Positions 1-10,027 are shown, counted from the first letter of the stretch. The stretch is 64,000 nucleotides of DNA from Polyangiales bacterium (GCA_044229975.1 JBGARZ010000006.1:416001-480000); one strand, 5' to 3'. A program made the numbers and translations. Notes: generated by a model not told the origin, from the sequence alone.

Positions 1-663
1 CTCCACGACCTCGGCGCCATCAGCATGATGGCGAGCGACTCGCAGGCGATGGGGCGTGTGGGGGAGGTCATCACGCGGACATGGCAAACGGCCCACAAGA
101 TGCGCGAGCAGCGCGGCCGGTTGTCCGAAGAGAACGGCGAAAACGACAACGCGCGGGTGAAGCGATACGTCGCGAAGTACACGATCAACCCGGCGGTAGC
201 GCACGGGTTCGCGCACGAGGTGGGCTCGGTCGAGGTCGGCAAGCTGGCTGACCTGGTGTTGTGGAAGCCGGCGTACTTCGGCGTGCGACCGGAGCTGGTG
301 TTGAAGAGCGGGTTCGTGGCGTGGGGGCAGATGGGTGATCCGGGCGCGTCGATTCCGACGCCGCAGCCGTCGTACATGCGGCCGATGTTCGGGGCGCTGG
401 GTGGGGCGATCGGGGCGACGAGCCTCGCGCTGGTGTCGCAGCGGGCGTGGCGCGAGGGGACGACGGCGGGCCTCGGGTTGCGCAAGACGGTGACGGCGGT
501 GAAGGGGTGCCGCGGATTGACCAAGCGGGACATGCGGCTCAACGACGCGCTGCCGCGCATCGAGGTCGACCCGGAGACCTACGAGGTGCGCGCGGACGGG
601 GTGCTGCTGCGGTGTGAGCCGGCGACGGTGGTGGCGTTGGGCCAGCGGTATTCGTTGTTCTGA
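1..663 (+). CDS. ureC: Urease subunit alpha, C-terminal part (truncated by window start)
   Basis: Frame open from base 1 ([23 protein letters not shown]); motifs [42 protein letters not shown] and QRYSLF end. Confidence 0.97.
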   Translation, partial: LHDLGAISMMASDSQAMGRVGEVITRTWQTAHKMREQRGRLSEENGENDNARVKRYVAKYTINPAVAHGFAHEVGSVEVGKLADLVLWKPAYFGVRPELVLKSGFVAWGQMGDPGASIPTPQPSYMRPMFGALGGAIGATSLALVSQRAWREGTTAGLGLRKTVTAVKGCRGLTKRDMRLNDALPRIEVDPETYEVRADGVLLRCEPATVVALGQRYSLF

Positions 664-1346
664 TGGATGGCGCGGGGACAGCGGGGGCGGCGCGATGGCG
701 GGTGTGGCAGCTCGTGGACTCGGCGTTGCCGACAGGCGGGTTCGCGCACTCGGGCGGGCTCGAAGCGATGGCCCAGGCGGGGCTCGTAGCGGGTGGAGCG
801 GGCGTGCGAAGGGCGCTCGATGAGGCGCTGTGGCAGGCGGGTCATGGGGTGTTGCCGTGGGTGCGCGCGGCGTGGATGGAGCCGGGCTCGGCGGGGAAGT
901 TGGATGGGGAGTGCGAGGTGTTTCTGGTGAGCGCGGTGGCGCGGCGGGCGAGCCGGGCGCAGGGGCGGGCGCTGCTCGATGCGGGCGCGAAGATCTTCCC
1001 GACGGAGCTCGCGGCGCTGCGGCAACGGGCGCGCGAAGAGCGATGGGGGATGCACCTCGGGCCGATGGCGGGCGTGGCGTTGGGCGCGCTGGGGTTGGAG
1101 TGCGAAGAGGCGCAGGCGCTGGTGCTGCATTGGACGCTGCGGGGAGTGGCGTCGGCGGCGGTGCGGCTCGGGCTGGTGGGGCCGTTCGAGGCGCAGCGGA
1201 TGCAGGCCGAGGGCGCGGTGACGATGGCGAGAGTGCTGGCGGCGTGCGGCGGACTGACGACGGAGGAGGCCGCGCAGACGGCGCCGCTGGTGGAGGTCGC
1301 GGGCATGGGGCACGACGCGCTGTATTCGAGGTTGTTCCAGTCGTGA
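663..1346 (+). CDS. ureF: Urease accessory protein UreF (plant/eukaryote-like type)
   Basis: WQLVDSALPTGGFAHSGGLEA and C-terminal HDALYSRLFQS; TGATG overlap with ureC. Confidence 0.93.
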   Translation: MDGAGTAGAARWRVWQLVDSALPTGGFAHSGGLEAMAQAGLVAGGAGVRRALDEALWQAGHGVLPWVRAAWMEPGSAGKLDGECEVFLVSAVARRASRAQGRALLDAGAKIFPTELAALRQRAREERWGMHLGPMAGVALGALGLECEEAQALVLHWTLRGVASAAVRLGLVGPFEAQRMQAEGAVTMARVLAACGGLTTEEAAQTAPLVEVAGMGHDALYSRLFQS

Positions 1347-1388
1347 GCGAAGGGGCGATGGCTCACGTGAAGAGAGGCGATTGATTCC

Positions 1389-2135
1389 ATGCACGACGAC
1401 CACGACCACGACCACGACCACGATCACCCGCACGACCACGGGCACACCCACGAGCACTGGCATCACCCGGGGCGCTTCTCGGAACGCGAGGCGCCGCGCG
1501 ATCGGGACTACCGCGCGCGCTCGTTTACCGTCGGCATCGGCGGGCCCGTCGGTAGTGGGAAGACCGCGCTGCTGCTCGCGCTCTGCCGGGCGCTGCGCGA
1601 GAGGCACCACCTCGGGGTCGTGACCAACGACATCTTCACCGAAGAAGACGCGGAGTTTCTCACGCGCAACGAGGCGCTGCCGCCCGGTCAGATTCGCGCG
1701 GTGCAGACCGGCGGGTGTCCGCACGCGGCCATCCGCGAGGACATCTCGCCCAACCTCGCGGCGCTCGAACAGCTCATGGAGGACGTCGCCCCGGAGCTGC
1801 TCTTCGTCGAGAGCGGCGGCGACAACCTCGCCGCGCAGTACAGCCGCGAGCTCGTCGACTATACCGTCTACGTGATCGACGTGGCGGGGGGAGACAAGGT
1901 TCCGCGCAAGGGGGGACCGGGCATCACGCAGTCCGACCTGCTGGTCATCAACAAGACCGACCTCGCGCCGCACGTGGGCGCCGACCTCGCGGTGATGGCG
2001 CGCGACGCGAAGGCGATGCGCCATGACGGCCCGACGGTGTTCGCGCAGGTGACGAAGGGCGTCGGGCTCGACGACATCATCGCGAACATCATCACGGCGT
2101 GGCGCGCGACTCTGGTAGACCAGCCGGTGCGATGA
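1389..2135 (+). CDS. ureG: Urease accessory GTPase UreG with His/Asp-rich N-terminus
   Basis: [46 protein letters not shown]; (HD)n leader. Confidence 0.97.
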   Translation: MHDDHDHDHDHDHPHDHGHTHEHWHHPGRFSEREAPRDRDYRARSFTVGIGGPVGSGKTALLLALCRALRERHHLGVVTNDIFTEEDAEFLTRNEALPPGQIRAVQTGGCPHAAIREDISPNLAALEQLMEDVAPELLFVESGGDNLAAQYSRELVDYTVYVIDVAGGDKVPRKGGPGITQSDLLVINKTDLAPHVGADLAVMARDAKAMRHDGPTVFAQVTKGVGLDDIIANIITAWRATLVDQPVR

Positions 2136-3457
2136 AGCACAGCGCCGGGTTCGTGTGTTTTGCGGGGTGTGGCGAGCGCTACGCCCTCGACGAGGTGGTC
2201 TACCGTTGCCGCGCGTGCGGGGCGCTGCTCGACGTGGAGCACGACGTCGAGGCGCTGAGAGACCGCAGCGCGGCGGCGTGGATGACCACCTTCGAGCGGC
2301 GCTGGATGCGCACCGAGTGGCCCTTCGGGTCGGGCGTGTGGGGCAAGCGCGAGTGGGTCTATCCGGGCATCGCGGACGAGAGCGTCGTGAGCTTCGCCGA
2401 GGGCGGGTCGAACCTCCTGTGGGCCGAGCGATACGGTCGCTCCATCGGGCTCAAGGACCTGTGGGTGAAGCAGTGCGGCAACTCGCACACCGGGTCGTTC
2501 AAGGACCTCGGGATGACCGTGCTGGTCTCAGCGGTGCGCGAGATGATCCGTCGGGGACGGAGCGTTCGGGCGGTGGCGTGCGCGAGCACGGGTGACACGT
2601 CGGCGGCGTTGTCGGCGTACTGCGCGGCGGCGGAGATTCCGGCGCTGGTGCTGTTGCCGAAGGACAAGGTGTCCATCGCGCAGTTGCTCCAACCGTTGGC
2701 CAATGGGGCGATGGTGTTCTCGCTGGATACGGACTTCGATGGCTGCATGAAGGTGGTGCAGGCGCTCACCGACGACGGGTCGATCTACCTGGCCAACTCG
2801 ATGAACAGCCTGCGCATCGAGGGGCAGAAGACCGTCTCCATCGAGATCGTGCAGCAGTTCGATTGGGAGGTTCCGGATTGGATCGTCGTTCCGGGTGGCA
2901 ACCTCGGCAACGTGTATGCGCTGGGCAAGGGGCTGCTGTTGATGCGGGATCTCGGGCTCATCTCGCGGCTGCCGCGGCTGTGCGTGGCGCAGGCCGAGCG
3001 GGCCAACCCGCTGTACCGGGCCTACGTCGCGGGCTTCGAGAAGTACGAGCCGATCACGGCCTCGCGGACGTCGGCGAGCGCGATCCAGATCGGCGCGCCG
3101 GTGAGCATCGACCGCGCGGTGAAGACGCTGCGCGCGACCAACGGGGTGGTCGAGCAGGCGACGGAGGACGAGCTCGCGGACGCCGCGGCGCGGGCCGATC
3201 GCACGGGGATGTACAACTGCCCGCACACGGCGGTGGCACTGGCCGCGGTGGAGAAGCTGGTGAAGGTGGGGACCATCGCGCCGGACGAGCGCGTGGTAGT
3301 GGTAAGCACGGCGCACGGGCTGAAGTTCACCGAGTTCAAGCGGGCGTACCATGCGGGCGCGCTGGAGGGCGTGACGTCGCGGCATGGCAACGTGCCGATT
3401 GAGTTGCCACCGGACGTGGACGCGGTGCGACGGGCGATCGACGCGCGGATGGGGTGA
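2132..3457 (+). CDS. thrC: Threonine synthase (plant-like long type)
   Basis: [13 protein letters not shown] lysine, [41 protein letters not shown] 2132 overlaps ureG stop (ATGA). Confidence 0.93.
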   Translation: MKHSAGFVCFAGCGERYALDEVVYRCRACGALLDVEHDVEALRDRSAAAWMTTFERRWMRTEWPFGSGVWGKREWVYPGIADESVVSFAEGGSNLLWAERYGRSIGLKDLWVKQCGNSHTGSFKDLGMTVLVSAVREMIRRGRSVRAVACASTGDTSAALSAYCAAAEIPALVLLPKDKVSIAQLLQPLANGAMVFSLDTDFDGCMKVVQALTDDGSIYLANSMNSLRIEGQKTVSIEIVQQFDWEVPDWIVVPGGNLGNVYALGKGLLLMRDLGLISRLPRLCVAQAERANPLYRAYVAGFEKYEPITASRTSASAIQIGAPVSIDRAVKTLRATNGVVEQATEDELADAAARADRTGMYNCPHTAVALAAVEKLVKVGTIAPDERVVVVSTAHGLKFTEFKRAYHAGALEGVTSRHGNVPIELPPDVDAVRRAIDARMG

Positions 3458-3464
3458 GTCGCCG

Positions 3465-4652
3465 TCACGGCCCCGTGAGCGTCGCGGCCTCGTCGCGCAG
3501 CGTCTCGAAGCGCGCCATCTGCACCAGCGCCACCACGTCGCCGCCGCGCACCGCGAGGTCTCTCCCGCGCCGCGACCGCGCCGCCAGCCGTCCCAATGCC
3601 AACGAGAGCTGCGACGTCACCCGCGCCCTGCCCTCCTCGTCGAGCGCCGCCCCGCTGCCGCGCAGCCGTGTGATCGCCGCGTTGATGTCCGCCACGTCCG
3701 CGGCCCCACCCCGCGAGAGAACCCCGATGGCCGCCACGTGCGGAGGCCGCGGCGCGAGCGACCACCGCACCAACGCCGGCAGTGGACCCACGAGCACCCT
3801 GGGCGTCGGCGTCACGGCTATGCCCAGCGGGCTGAACAACACCCGCTCGCCCGCATGCAGCGCTCCACTCGCGACAGGCCGCAGCACCGCGTCGAGCTCG
3901 CGAATCTCCACGTCGAGCAGCACCGGGTGGTCGGGTGTCTGCCGACGGAGCTCGGCGATCTGCGCGGGCGTGAGTCGCGTGACCCGCGCGGGAGGCGACG
4001 GAGGCGACGGCCACACCGTCACGCCAGCGCCCTCGGCTGCGACGAAGGTGCTCCCGTCGTCGGCGACGGCGAGGGTGCAGCGCGTTCCGCTCACGATCAC
4101 GCGGCCCGATGGTGTGTCGACGCGGAGCGAGTCGGACGTGAGCGCCGGGACGTCGACCACCGCCACGCCGCGGCTCAACACCAGCGACGCGCCCGCGTGC
4201 CCGGAGCCCTCGACGAGGCCGCCGCCGTGCAGCACGAAGCGCCCGCCCGGCTGGACGGCCAGCGTCGTCTCGCCCGTGCTTCCGACCATCAGCGCGTCGC
4301 CGGGGTAGAGCGATTGACCGACGTTGGCGGAGGCTGTCCCCGCGTCGCTCTCGCCGGTGTCGCGAGGGCGCTCGACCTGCCCGGCGGCGTCGCGTCGGGG
4401 GAGGCGCAGCGACGTGTCGACGGTGGCACCGCCGCCCGTCAGCGCGACCACGGTCACCTGCGCGCCGGCCGGTCGCACGGGCGGCGCCACGGGTGCCGGA
4501 CCAGCATCGGGAACGGGCACCAGATCGACGTGACCGACCGCGGGCCCGACGTCGAGCGTGCGGACGTCGACGCGGCGGGCGCCGTTGTCGCGAGGGGCGT
4601 TGCGCGGCGAGCACCCGAACGCGAGCAACAGCATCAGGAGGGGGCGTCGCAT
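3465..4652 (-). CDS. Lipoprotein with FecR-like beta domain
   Basis: Signal/lipobox MRRPLLMLLLAFGC; GQSLYPGDALMVG...LRVDTPSGRVIVSGTRCTLAVADDGSTFVAAEG resembles FecR. Confidence 0.6.
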   Translation of the reverse strand: MRRPLLMLLLAFGCSPRNAPRDNGARRVDVRTLDVGPAVGHVDLVPVPDAGPAPVAPPVRPAGAQVTVVALTGGGATVDTSLRLPRRDAAGQVERPRDTGESDAGTASANVGQSLYPGDALMVGSTGETTLAVQPGGRFVLHGGGLVEGSGHAGASLVLSRGVAVVDVPALTSDSLRVDTPSGRVIVSGTRCTLAVADDGSTFVAAEGAGVTVWPSPPSPPARVTRLTPAQIAELRRQTPDHPVLLDVEIRELDAVLRPVASGALHAGERVLFSPLGIAVTPTPRVLVGPLPALVRWSLAPRPPHVAAIGVLSRGGAADVADINAAITRLRGSGAALDEEGRARVTSQLSLALGRLAARSRRGRDLAVRGGDVVALVQMARFETLRDEAATLTGP

Positions 4653-4766
4653 GAGGGCAGTCGGTCCTTCCGTGGGGGGCGCCGGAGAGGTACCGCGGCG
4701 CGCGTGACAACGTCGAGCAACCGGCGGGTAGCGCGTCCCGAGTTGGGATACCCTCGCGGGCCTACG

Positions 4767-5756
4767 ATGCGCCTCGCACCCTGCCTCGCCCTCCTCCTCG
4801 TCGCTCCCGCCGTCGCCGCGCAGCAGCAGCCTTCCACCGGCGGCGACGTCAACTCCGCCGCCGCAGCTTTTCAGGAAGGCCAGCGGCTCCAGCTCGCCCG
4901 CGAGTACGCCCGCGCGGCGGAGTTTTTCGAGATCGCCGATCACTCCGCGCCGTCGGCCGCGGCGCTTCGTAGCGCCATCCGCAGCCACCAGGCCGCCAAC
5001 CACCTCGCCCGCGCGGCCACCCTCGCCCTCATCGCCCGCGCCCGCGACGCGGCCGACCCCCAGAGCGCGCAGCTCGCGACGAGCGTTCTCACCGAGACCG
5101 CGCCGCGCCTCTCGCGGGTGCACGTCACCTGCTCGCCCGCGTGCACCATCACCGTCGATCGCCTCGCGGCGAGCGGAGACGCCGCCGAGTCGCACACGTT
5201 CTTCGTCGAGCCCGGCGCCCGCAACCTGGAGACCCGCTGGGCCAACCGCGGGACACGCTCCCGCCCGCTCGAATGCACCGCGGGCCAGAGCATCGAGCTC
5301 TCCCTCGACGCGCCGCCGCCCGAGGTCACTCCGCCCGTCACCCCGCCCGCCCCGGTGGTCGTCCCGCCCCCCATCGTCGTGGTCGCGCCGCCACCACCAC
5401 CGCCCGTCGCGCAGCCCGCCCGGCGACCGCTGCCGCCGGTGGTGTTCTGGGTCGGACTCGCCGCCACCGCCGTCACGGGCGGCGTGCTCATCTGGTCGCA
5501 CCTCGACACGCTCTCGGCGCGCGATGCGTACGTCCTGCGTCCGACCGAGGCGGGCTACAACGACGGGGTCTCGCGGCAGACGCGCAGCACCGCGCTCGTC
5601 GCGACCACCGCCGTCCTGGGCGTCGCGACCGCGGTGGTCGGGGTGTTCTTCACGGAATGGTCGGGGTCGACCAGCCGGGAGCGGGCCCTGCGCGTCGTCC
5701 CGTCGCTCGGGCTCGGGAATGGTGGGATGCAGATCGGGATGATAGGGTCGTTCTAG
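4767..5756 (+). CDS. Secreted TPR-like/PEGA-like protein with C-terminal hydrophobic segments
   Basis: Signal peptide, AAAAFQEGQRLQLAREYARAAEFFEIA TPR-like helices, beta domain, Pro linker, hydrophobic segments, ends GMIGSF. Confidence 0.65.
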   Translation: MRLAPCLALLLVAPAVAAQQQPSTGGDVNSAAAAFQEGQRLQLAREYARAAEFFEIADHSAPSAAALRSAIRSHQAANHLARAATLALIARARDAADPQSAQLATSVLTETAPRLSRVHVTCSPACTITVDRLAASGDAAESHTFFVEPGARNLETRWANRGTRSRPLECTAGQSIELSLDAPPPEVTPPVTPPAPVVVPPPIVVVAPPPPPPVAQPARRPLPPVVFWVGLAATAVTGGVLIWSHLDTLSARDAYVLRPTEAGYNDGVSRQTRSTALVATTAVLGVATAVVGVFFTEWSGSTSRERALRVVPSLGLGNGGMQIGMIGSF

Positions 5757-5770
5757 AGGGCCCTTCCGCC

Positions 5771-7342
5771 ATGAGCCAAGCCACCATGACTCCCGATCGG
5801 GAGATGCTCGATCGCTACGAGCTCATCGCTCCCATCGCGCGCGGCGGCATGGGCAGCGTGCACCTCGCGCGGCTGCCCGGCGCGGGCGGCTTCCAGCGCC
5901 TCTACGCCATCAAGGTGATGCACCCGCACCTCGCGGAGGAGACCGAGTTCGTCGGCATGCTCCTCGACGAGGCGCGCATCGCGGCGCGCATCCACCACCC
6001 CAACGCGGTGCCCATCGTCGACGTGTGCCACAGCCCGCGCGGCTTCTACCTCGTCATGGACTACATCGACGGGGTCAACCTCGCGAAGATGCTCACGGCG
6101 ACGGCGACGCTCCCGTGGCGCGCCCGCACCCGCGCCGCCATCCGCATCATCCTCGACGCGCTCGCCGGCCTGCACGCCGCGCACGAGCTCACCGACGACG
6201 AGGCCACCGCCCTCGGCATCGTCCACCGCGACGTCTCCCCGCAGAACATCATGGTCGGCTCCGACGGCGTCGGCCGCATCACCGACTTCGGCGTCGCCCT
6301 CGCGGCCTCGCGCATCATCGCGTCGCGCCCGGGGCTCATCAAGGGCAAGCCCTCGTACATGTCCCCGGAGCAGATCTCGGCGGCGGCGGTCGACCGTCGG
6401 GCCGACCTCTTCGCCATGGGCATCGTGCTGTGGGAGGCGCTCACCAGCGGCCGCCTCTTCCACGCGGAGATGGAGGTCGGCGCGCTCATGCAGGTCATGG
6501 CCGCGGAGATCAAGGCACCGAGCTCGGTCGTGCCCGACGTGCCCGCGTCCATCGACGCCGTGTGCATGAAGGCCCTCCAACGGCCGGTGGAAAACCGCTG
6601 GCAGACCGCTCGCGCGATGGCCGAGGCGCTCGAAGCCGCCGCCGTCGCGGCCGACCTCCTGGCGCCCGCTCATGAAGTGGCCGACGTGCTGCGCGCGGCC
6701 TTCGTCGAGGAGTTCGCCGCTCGCAAGGCGCTCATCCGCGACCACGCGCGCGGCACCTCCGTCTCGGCGCCGCGCGGCCGTCTCAGCCAGGCTGACATCC
6801 TCGGCACCAGCCCCACGGCGATGGTCATCACGCCGGCGCGCATCAGCGACAGCAAGAGCATCCCCGCCATCGAGGTCGCCTCCAACGGCCGCGGTATGCG
6901 CTCGCCTGTTCCGCCCGATGGGCGCTCGTCGACCGAGTCGCAGGTGACGGCCCGCCCGCGGCCCGCGTGGGTCGTCCCGATGGTCGTCGGCGCCGTGGCG
7001 CTGCTCACGGTGGGCGCGGGCCTCGCGCTGCACAAGGCACCGCAGGCCCCGTCGCCCAACGTGCACGCCGCCGCGACCGCGCCGCGCCCGGAGCCACCCG
7101 TGACGCCGCCGCCACCCGTCGTGGTCGCAGCGCCTCCGGTGGTGGTCGCTGCTCCCGCGGTGGTGCCCGTGGTCGACGCGTCGGTGGTCGCTCCGATCGT
7201 GGCTCCCGCGGCGCTCATCGCGTCGCCGCGACCGTCGCCGCACCCGCGCCGACCCGACCGCAACCCGACCGGTTCCACGCACTCGCCGTCGACCCCCTCG
7301 ACGCACCCTTCGATCGAAGAAAACCCCTACCTCCGCCGATGA
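5771..7342 (+). CDS. Membrane Ser/Thr protein kinase (Hanks type)
   Basis: ARGGMG, AIKVM, HRDVSPQN, DFG, YMSPEQ; one TM helix; Pro-rich tail. Confidence 0.95.
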   Translation: MSQATMTPDREMLDRYELIAPIARGGMGSVHLARLPGAGGFQRLYAIKVMHPHLAEETEFVGMLLDEARIAARIHHPNAVPIVDVCHSPRGFYLVMDYIDGVNLAKMLTATATLPWRARTRAAIRIILDALAGLHAAHELTDDEATALGIVHRDVSPQNIMVGSDGVGRITDFGVALAASRIIASRPGLIKGKPSYMSPEQISAAAVDRRADLFAMGIVLWEALTSGRLFHAEMEVGALMQVMAAEIKAPSSVVPDVPASIDAVCMKALQRPVENRWQTARAMAEALEAAAVAADLLAPAHEVADVLRAAFVEEFAARKALIRDHARGTSVSAPRGRLSQADILGTSPTAMVITPARISDSKSIPAIEVASNGRGMRSPVPPDGRSSTESQVTARPRPAWVVPMVVGAVALLTVGAGLALHKAPQAPSPNVHAAATAPRPEPPVTPPPPVVVAAPPVVVAAPAVVPVVDASVVAPIVAPAALIASPRPSPHPRRPDRNPTGSTHSPSTPSTHPSIEENPYLRR

Positions 7343-8391
7343 ACACCCTTCGACGCTTCCACACCGCGCTGCTCGGGGCGCTGTCCCTCGGCGGCTGCGT
7401 GGCGTTTGACCCCGCGCTCTACCAGCAGAACTCCTCGGGCGTGACGCTCGCCGACCGGTGCGAGGCGATGGCGAGCGTTCCGGTCATCCAGCCCGAGCTG
7501 TCGCGCATCGTGCAGGTCGACACCACCCGCCTCGCCGACCAGTACCACGAGTTTGCGAGCTGCACGGGCGGCGCCGATCTGCCGGGCAACGAGGGCTTCT
7601 TCGCGGTCAACATGCGCGTCGGCGAGACGTGGCACTTCCACATCGACGTCGACCCGGCGAACCCCAACGCCGACCCGGCGGTCTACGTGCTGCCCAACTG
7701 CAACACGCAGTCGTGCGTGCCGACGTCGTCGTCGGACGTGTGCGGCGCGGGCCGCAGCGAGCACTTCTCCTTCCGCCCGGTGACCGACGGCGTGCAGCTC
7801 ATCGGCATCGACAGCAAGGTGGCCGGCGGCGCGGTCTACAACGTCACGGTGGTGCACCCGTCGTGTGGCAACGGGTTGCTCGAACACGGCGAGCCCTGCG
7901 ACGACATGCGCCCGCAGGCGGGCGTGACCTGCGAGCAATGCCACAAGGTGCTGACCACGTCGGGCGACACGGAGGTCGGCGTCGCCAACGACGACTACGT
8001 CAACGCGATGGTGGTGCGGCCCGCGAGCGGCGGTCTGGCAGACTTCCCGGTGGTCGGGTCGCTGGCGGCCTGTGACACGGACATGTTCAACTTCGACGCG
8101 CCCGCCAACGCGGCCATCACCGCCACGCTGTCGCCCAACAACGGGGCGGCCCGGTGCCCGGACAACGTCTCGCTCACGCTGCTGCGCTCGCCCGCGGTGA
8201 CGGCGCCCGCGCTCACGCAGGCACCCGCGGCGGCGCCCGGAGCGACGACGATGATGGGCGCCGACGGCTGCCCGACGGTGACGCTGCCGAGCGCGGCGGC
8301 GGGGTCGACGTGGTTCCTCCAGGTGACGATCCGACCGTCGCCGACGATGGAGTTTCCGTACAGGCTGACGATCAACGCGCCGACGCCGTAG
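7339..8391 (+). CDS. Cys-rich lipoprotein with myxobacterial CGNG repeat
   Basis: Lipobox LGGC; SCGNGLLEHGEPCDD motif; ATGA overlap with kinase stop. Confidence 0.7.
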   Translation: MNTLRRFHTALLGALSLGGCVAFDPALYQQNSSGVTLADRCEAMASVPVIQPELSRIVQVDTTRLADQYHEFASCTGGADLPGNEGFFAVNMRVGETWHFHIDVDPANPNADPAVYVLPNCNTQSCVPTSSSDVCGAGRSEHFSFRPVTDGVQLIGIDSKVAGGAVYNVTVVHPSCGNGLLEHGEPCDDMRPQAGVTCEQCHKVLTTSGDTEVGVANDDYVNAMVVRPASGGLADFPVVGSLAACDTDMFNFDAPANAAITATLSPNNGAARCPDNVSLTLLRSPAVTAPALTQAPAAAPGATTMMGADGCPTVTLPSAAAGSTWFLQVTIRPSPTMEFPYRLTINAPTP

Positions 8392-8399
8392 CGGGCGAA

Positions 8400-8520
8400 T
8401 CAGGCATCGGTGGAGAAGACGGTGGAGGCGGTGACCGCGCGGGTGATCCAGCGGTCTAGCGGGGCGTTGTCGGCGCAGTCGACGATGCGAGCGCGGGCGG
8501 GAGCGTCGAGGCGCAGGTGA
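8400..8520 (-). pseudogene. Remnant of an Rpn/DUF4351-type C-terminal helical domain
   Basis: Reads HLRLDAPARARIVDCADNAPLDRWITRAVTASTVFSTDA*, with no start or RBS, directly after the phosphatase stop. Confidence 0.5.
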
Positions 8521-8527
8521 CCGAGGG

Positions 8528-9181
8528 TCAGGTCCCTTCGGCGTCGCGCAGGTCGTCGGGCAGGTGCGAGGCGTCGCCCAGCAGCACCAGCATCGCGCCC
8601 GATGACTTCAGATCGAAGCGCGTCACCGTCGCGACCGGCTGCGCGATGCGGTCGCGAAACAGTCGCACGTCCATGCCCAGCAGCGCGCACGTCAGGATGC
8701 GCAGCGTCGCCTTGTGCGACACCAGCAGCACCCGACCGCCGTCCGGGTGCTTCGCCCGCACCCGCTCCAGCACCGGCGCCGCCCGCGCCGCCACCTGAAA
8801 CGCCGTCTCTCCGCCGGGCGTCCCGCGGCTCGCGGTGTCCGCCGCCCAGTACGCGTAGGCCTCGGGCCAGCGTGTCTTCACGTCCTCGTGACGCAGCGAC
8901 TCCCACTCGCCGTATGCGATCTCGCGCAAGCCATCATCAGTCGTGAGTCCGACACCCGCGCGCGACGCCACTGCCTCCGCCGTCTGCCGCGCCCGCGTGC
9001 TCGGCGAGCAGTAGATGGCGTCCCAGAGCTTCGCTCCGTAGGCCGCGCCCAGCGCGTCGGCCATGCGTTGCCCGACCTCGTTGAGCGGCGGATCGATGGA
9101 GCCGCAGAAGCGGTTCTCGCGCGAGAAGTCCGTCTGCCCGTGGCGCACCATGAACAGCTCCAGCGTCTTCGTCGTCGCCAC
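8528..9181 (-). CDS. Histidine phosphatase family (phosphoglycerate mutase-like) protein
   Basis: RHGQT motif, LREIAYGEWE, PGGET, LVSH. Confidence 0.92.
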   Translation of the reverse strand: MATTKTLELFMVRHGQTDFSRENRFCGSIDPPLNEVGQRMADALGAAYGAKLWDAIYCSPSTRARQTAEAVASRAGVGLTTDDGLREIAYGEWESLRHEDVKTRWPEAYAYWAADTASRGTPGGETAFQVAARAAPVLERVRAKHPDGGRVLLVSHKATLRILTCALLGMDVRLFRDRIAQPVATVTRFDLKSSGAMLVLLGDASHLPDDLRDAEGT

Positions 9182-9182
9182 G

Positions 9183-9632
9183 CTACGCCCCCCGCAGGCG
9201 CGCGGCGCCCGCCTCTTCCGATGGGTCGGGCGGCGGCTGCGTCAGCGTGAGCGCCTCGATCTCCGGCAGCGCCTCGCGCACCAGCGCCGTCACCACGCTC
9301 GCCGAGAAGGGATCACGGAAGAGCACCAGCAGCATGTACACGCCCGCGAAGGACTCCGCCGCGACGAAGGGCGGCTCGACGCTGCGGATGAGGTGCAGGT
9401 GACCGCCGCGTCGCAGCGGGTGATCGTGCGTGGCGGCGAGGACGAGCGGCTCCGCGGCCTGACGCAGCTGCTGCCAGTCAGGCGGGAGTTCGGAGTAGCC
9501 GTAGTCCTGGCCGGAGGTGTCCGTGACGAACGCGCACGACGCCTCGCACTGCGAGGTGAGCGTGCGCAGTCGCGCGTCGAGCAGTGCGCGTGGGCTGGTG
9601 GTCACGATGCCATCGTCGCGCCGTGCACCCAA
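9183..9632 (-). CDS. Hypothetical protein (possible roadblock/longin-like fold); alternative start GTG 9605
   Basis: Fills the gap between neighbours in the same orientation with protein-like composition. Confidence 0.6.
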   Translation of the reverse strand: MGARRDDGIVTTSPRALLDARLRTLTSQCEASCAFVTDTSGQDYGYSELPPDWQQLRQAAEPLVLAATHDHPLRRGGHLHLIRSVEPPFVAAESFAGVYMLLVLFRDPFSASVVTALVREALPEIEALTLTQPPPDPSEEAGAARLRGA

Positions 9633-9652
9633 GGTGGCAAGGCCGCGAGACG

Positions 9653-10024
9653 TCAGCCGCGGACGATGCGCTTCGCCCCGCGCTTGCCGAGCCAGTCGGC
9701 CACGCGATCGACGATGTCGCCCTGCACCGCGACGGAGGCGTCTTCGCGCTGGGCCGCGGTGCCGAGGGCCTTGCGGAGTTCCTTCGCGAGCGCGTCGACC
9801 GCCGCCTCGTCGCCGCCATCGGGAAACTGAACCACCGTGACGGTCTTGCCGCCGCGGCCCTTCTTCTCGCGGCGCACCACGACCCGACGCGCGAGCAGCG
9901 CCACCACGGGGTCGGCCGCCTCGACGGGCGTCTCGGCCGCGGCGGGCTTCGCGTCACCGGGTGGTAGGTCGTTGCGGAGCGCGGCGAGTCGGGCGAAGGG
10001 GTTGGCGGGCTTGGGGTCGGCCAT
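9653..10024 (-). CDS. yciH: SUI1/eIF1-family translation factor (YciH-like)
   Basis: NPFARL, RREKKGRGGKTVTVV, LAKELRKALGT, VQGD. Confidence 0.88.
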   Translation of the reverse strand: MADPKPANPFARLAALRNDLPPGDAKPAAAETPVEAADPVVALLARRVVVRREKKGRGGKTVTVVQFPDGGDEAAVDALAKELRKALGTAAQREDASVAVQGDIVDRVADWLGKRGAKRIVRG

Positions 10025-10027
10025 GGT

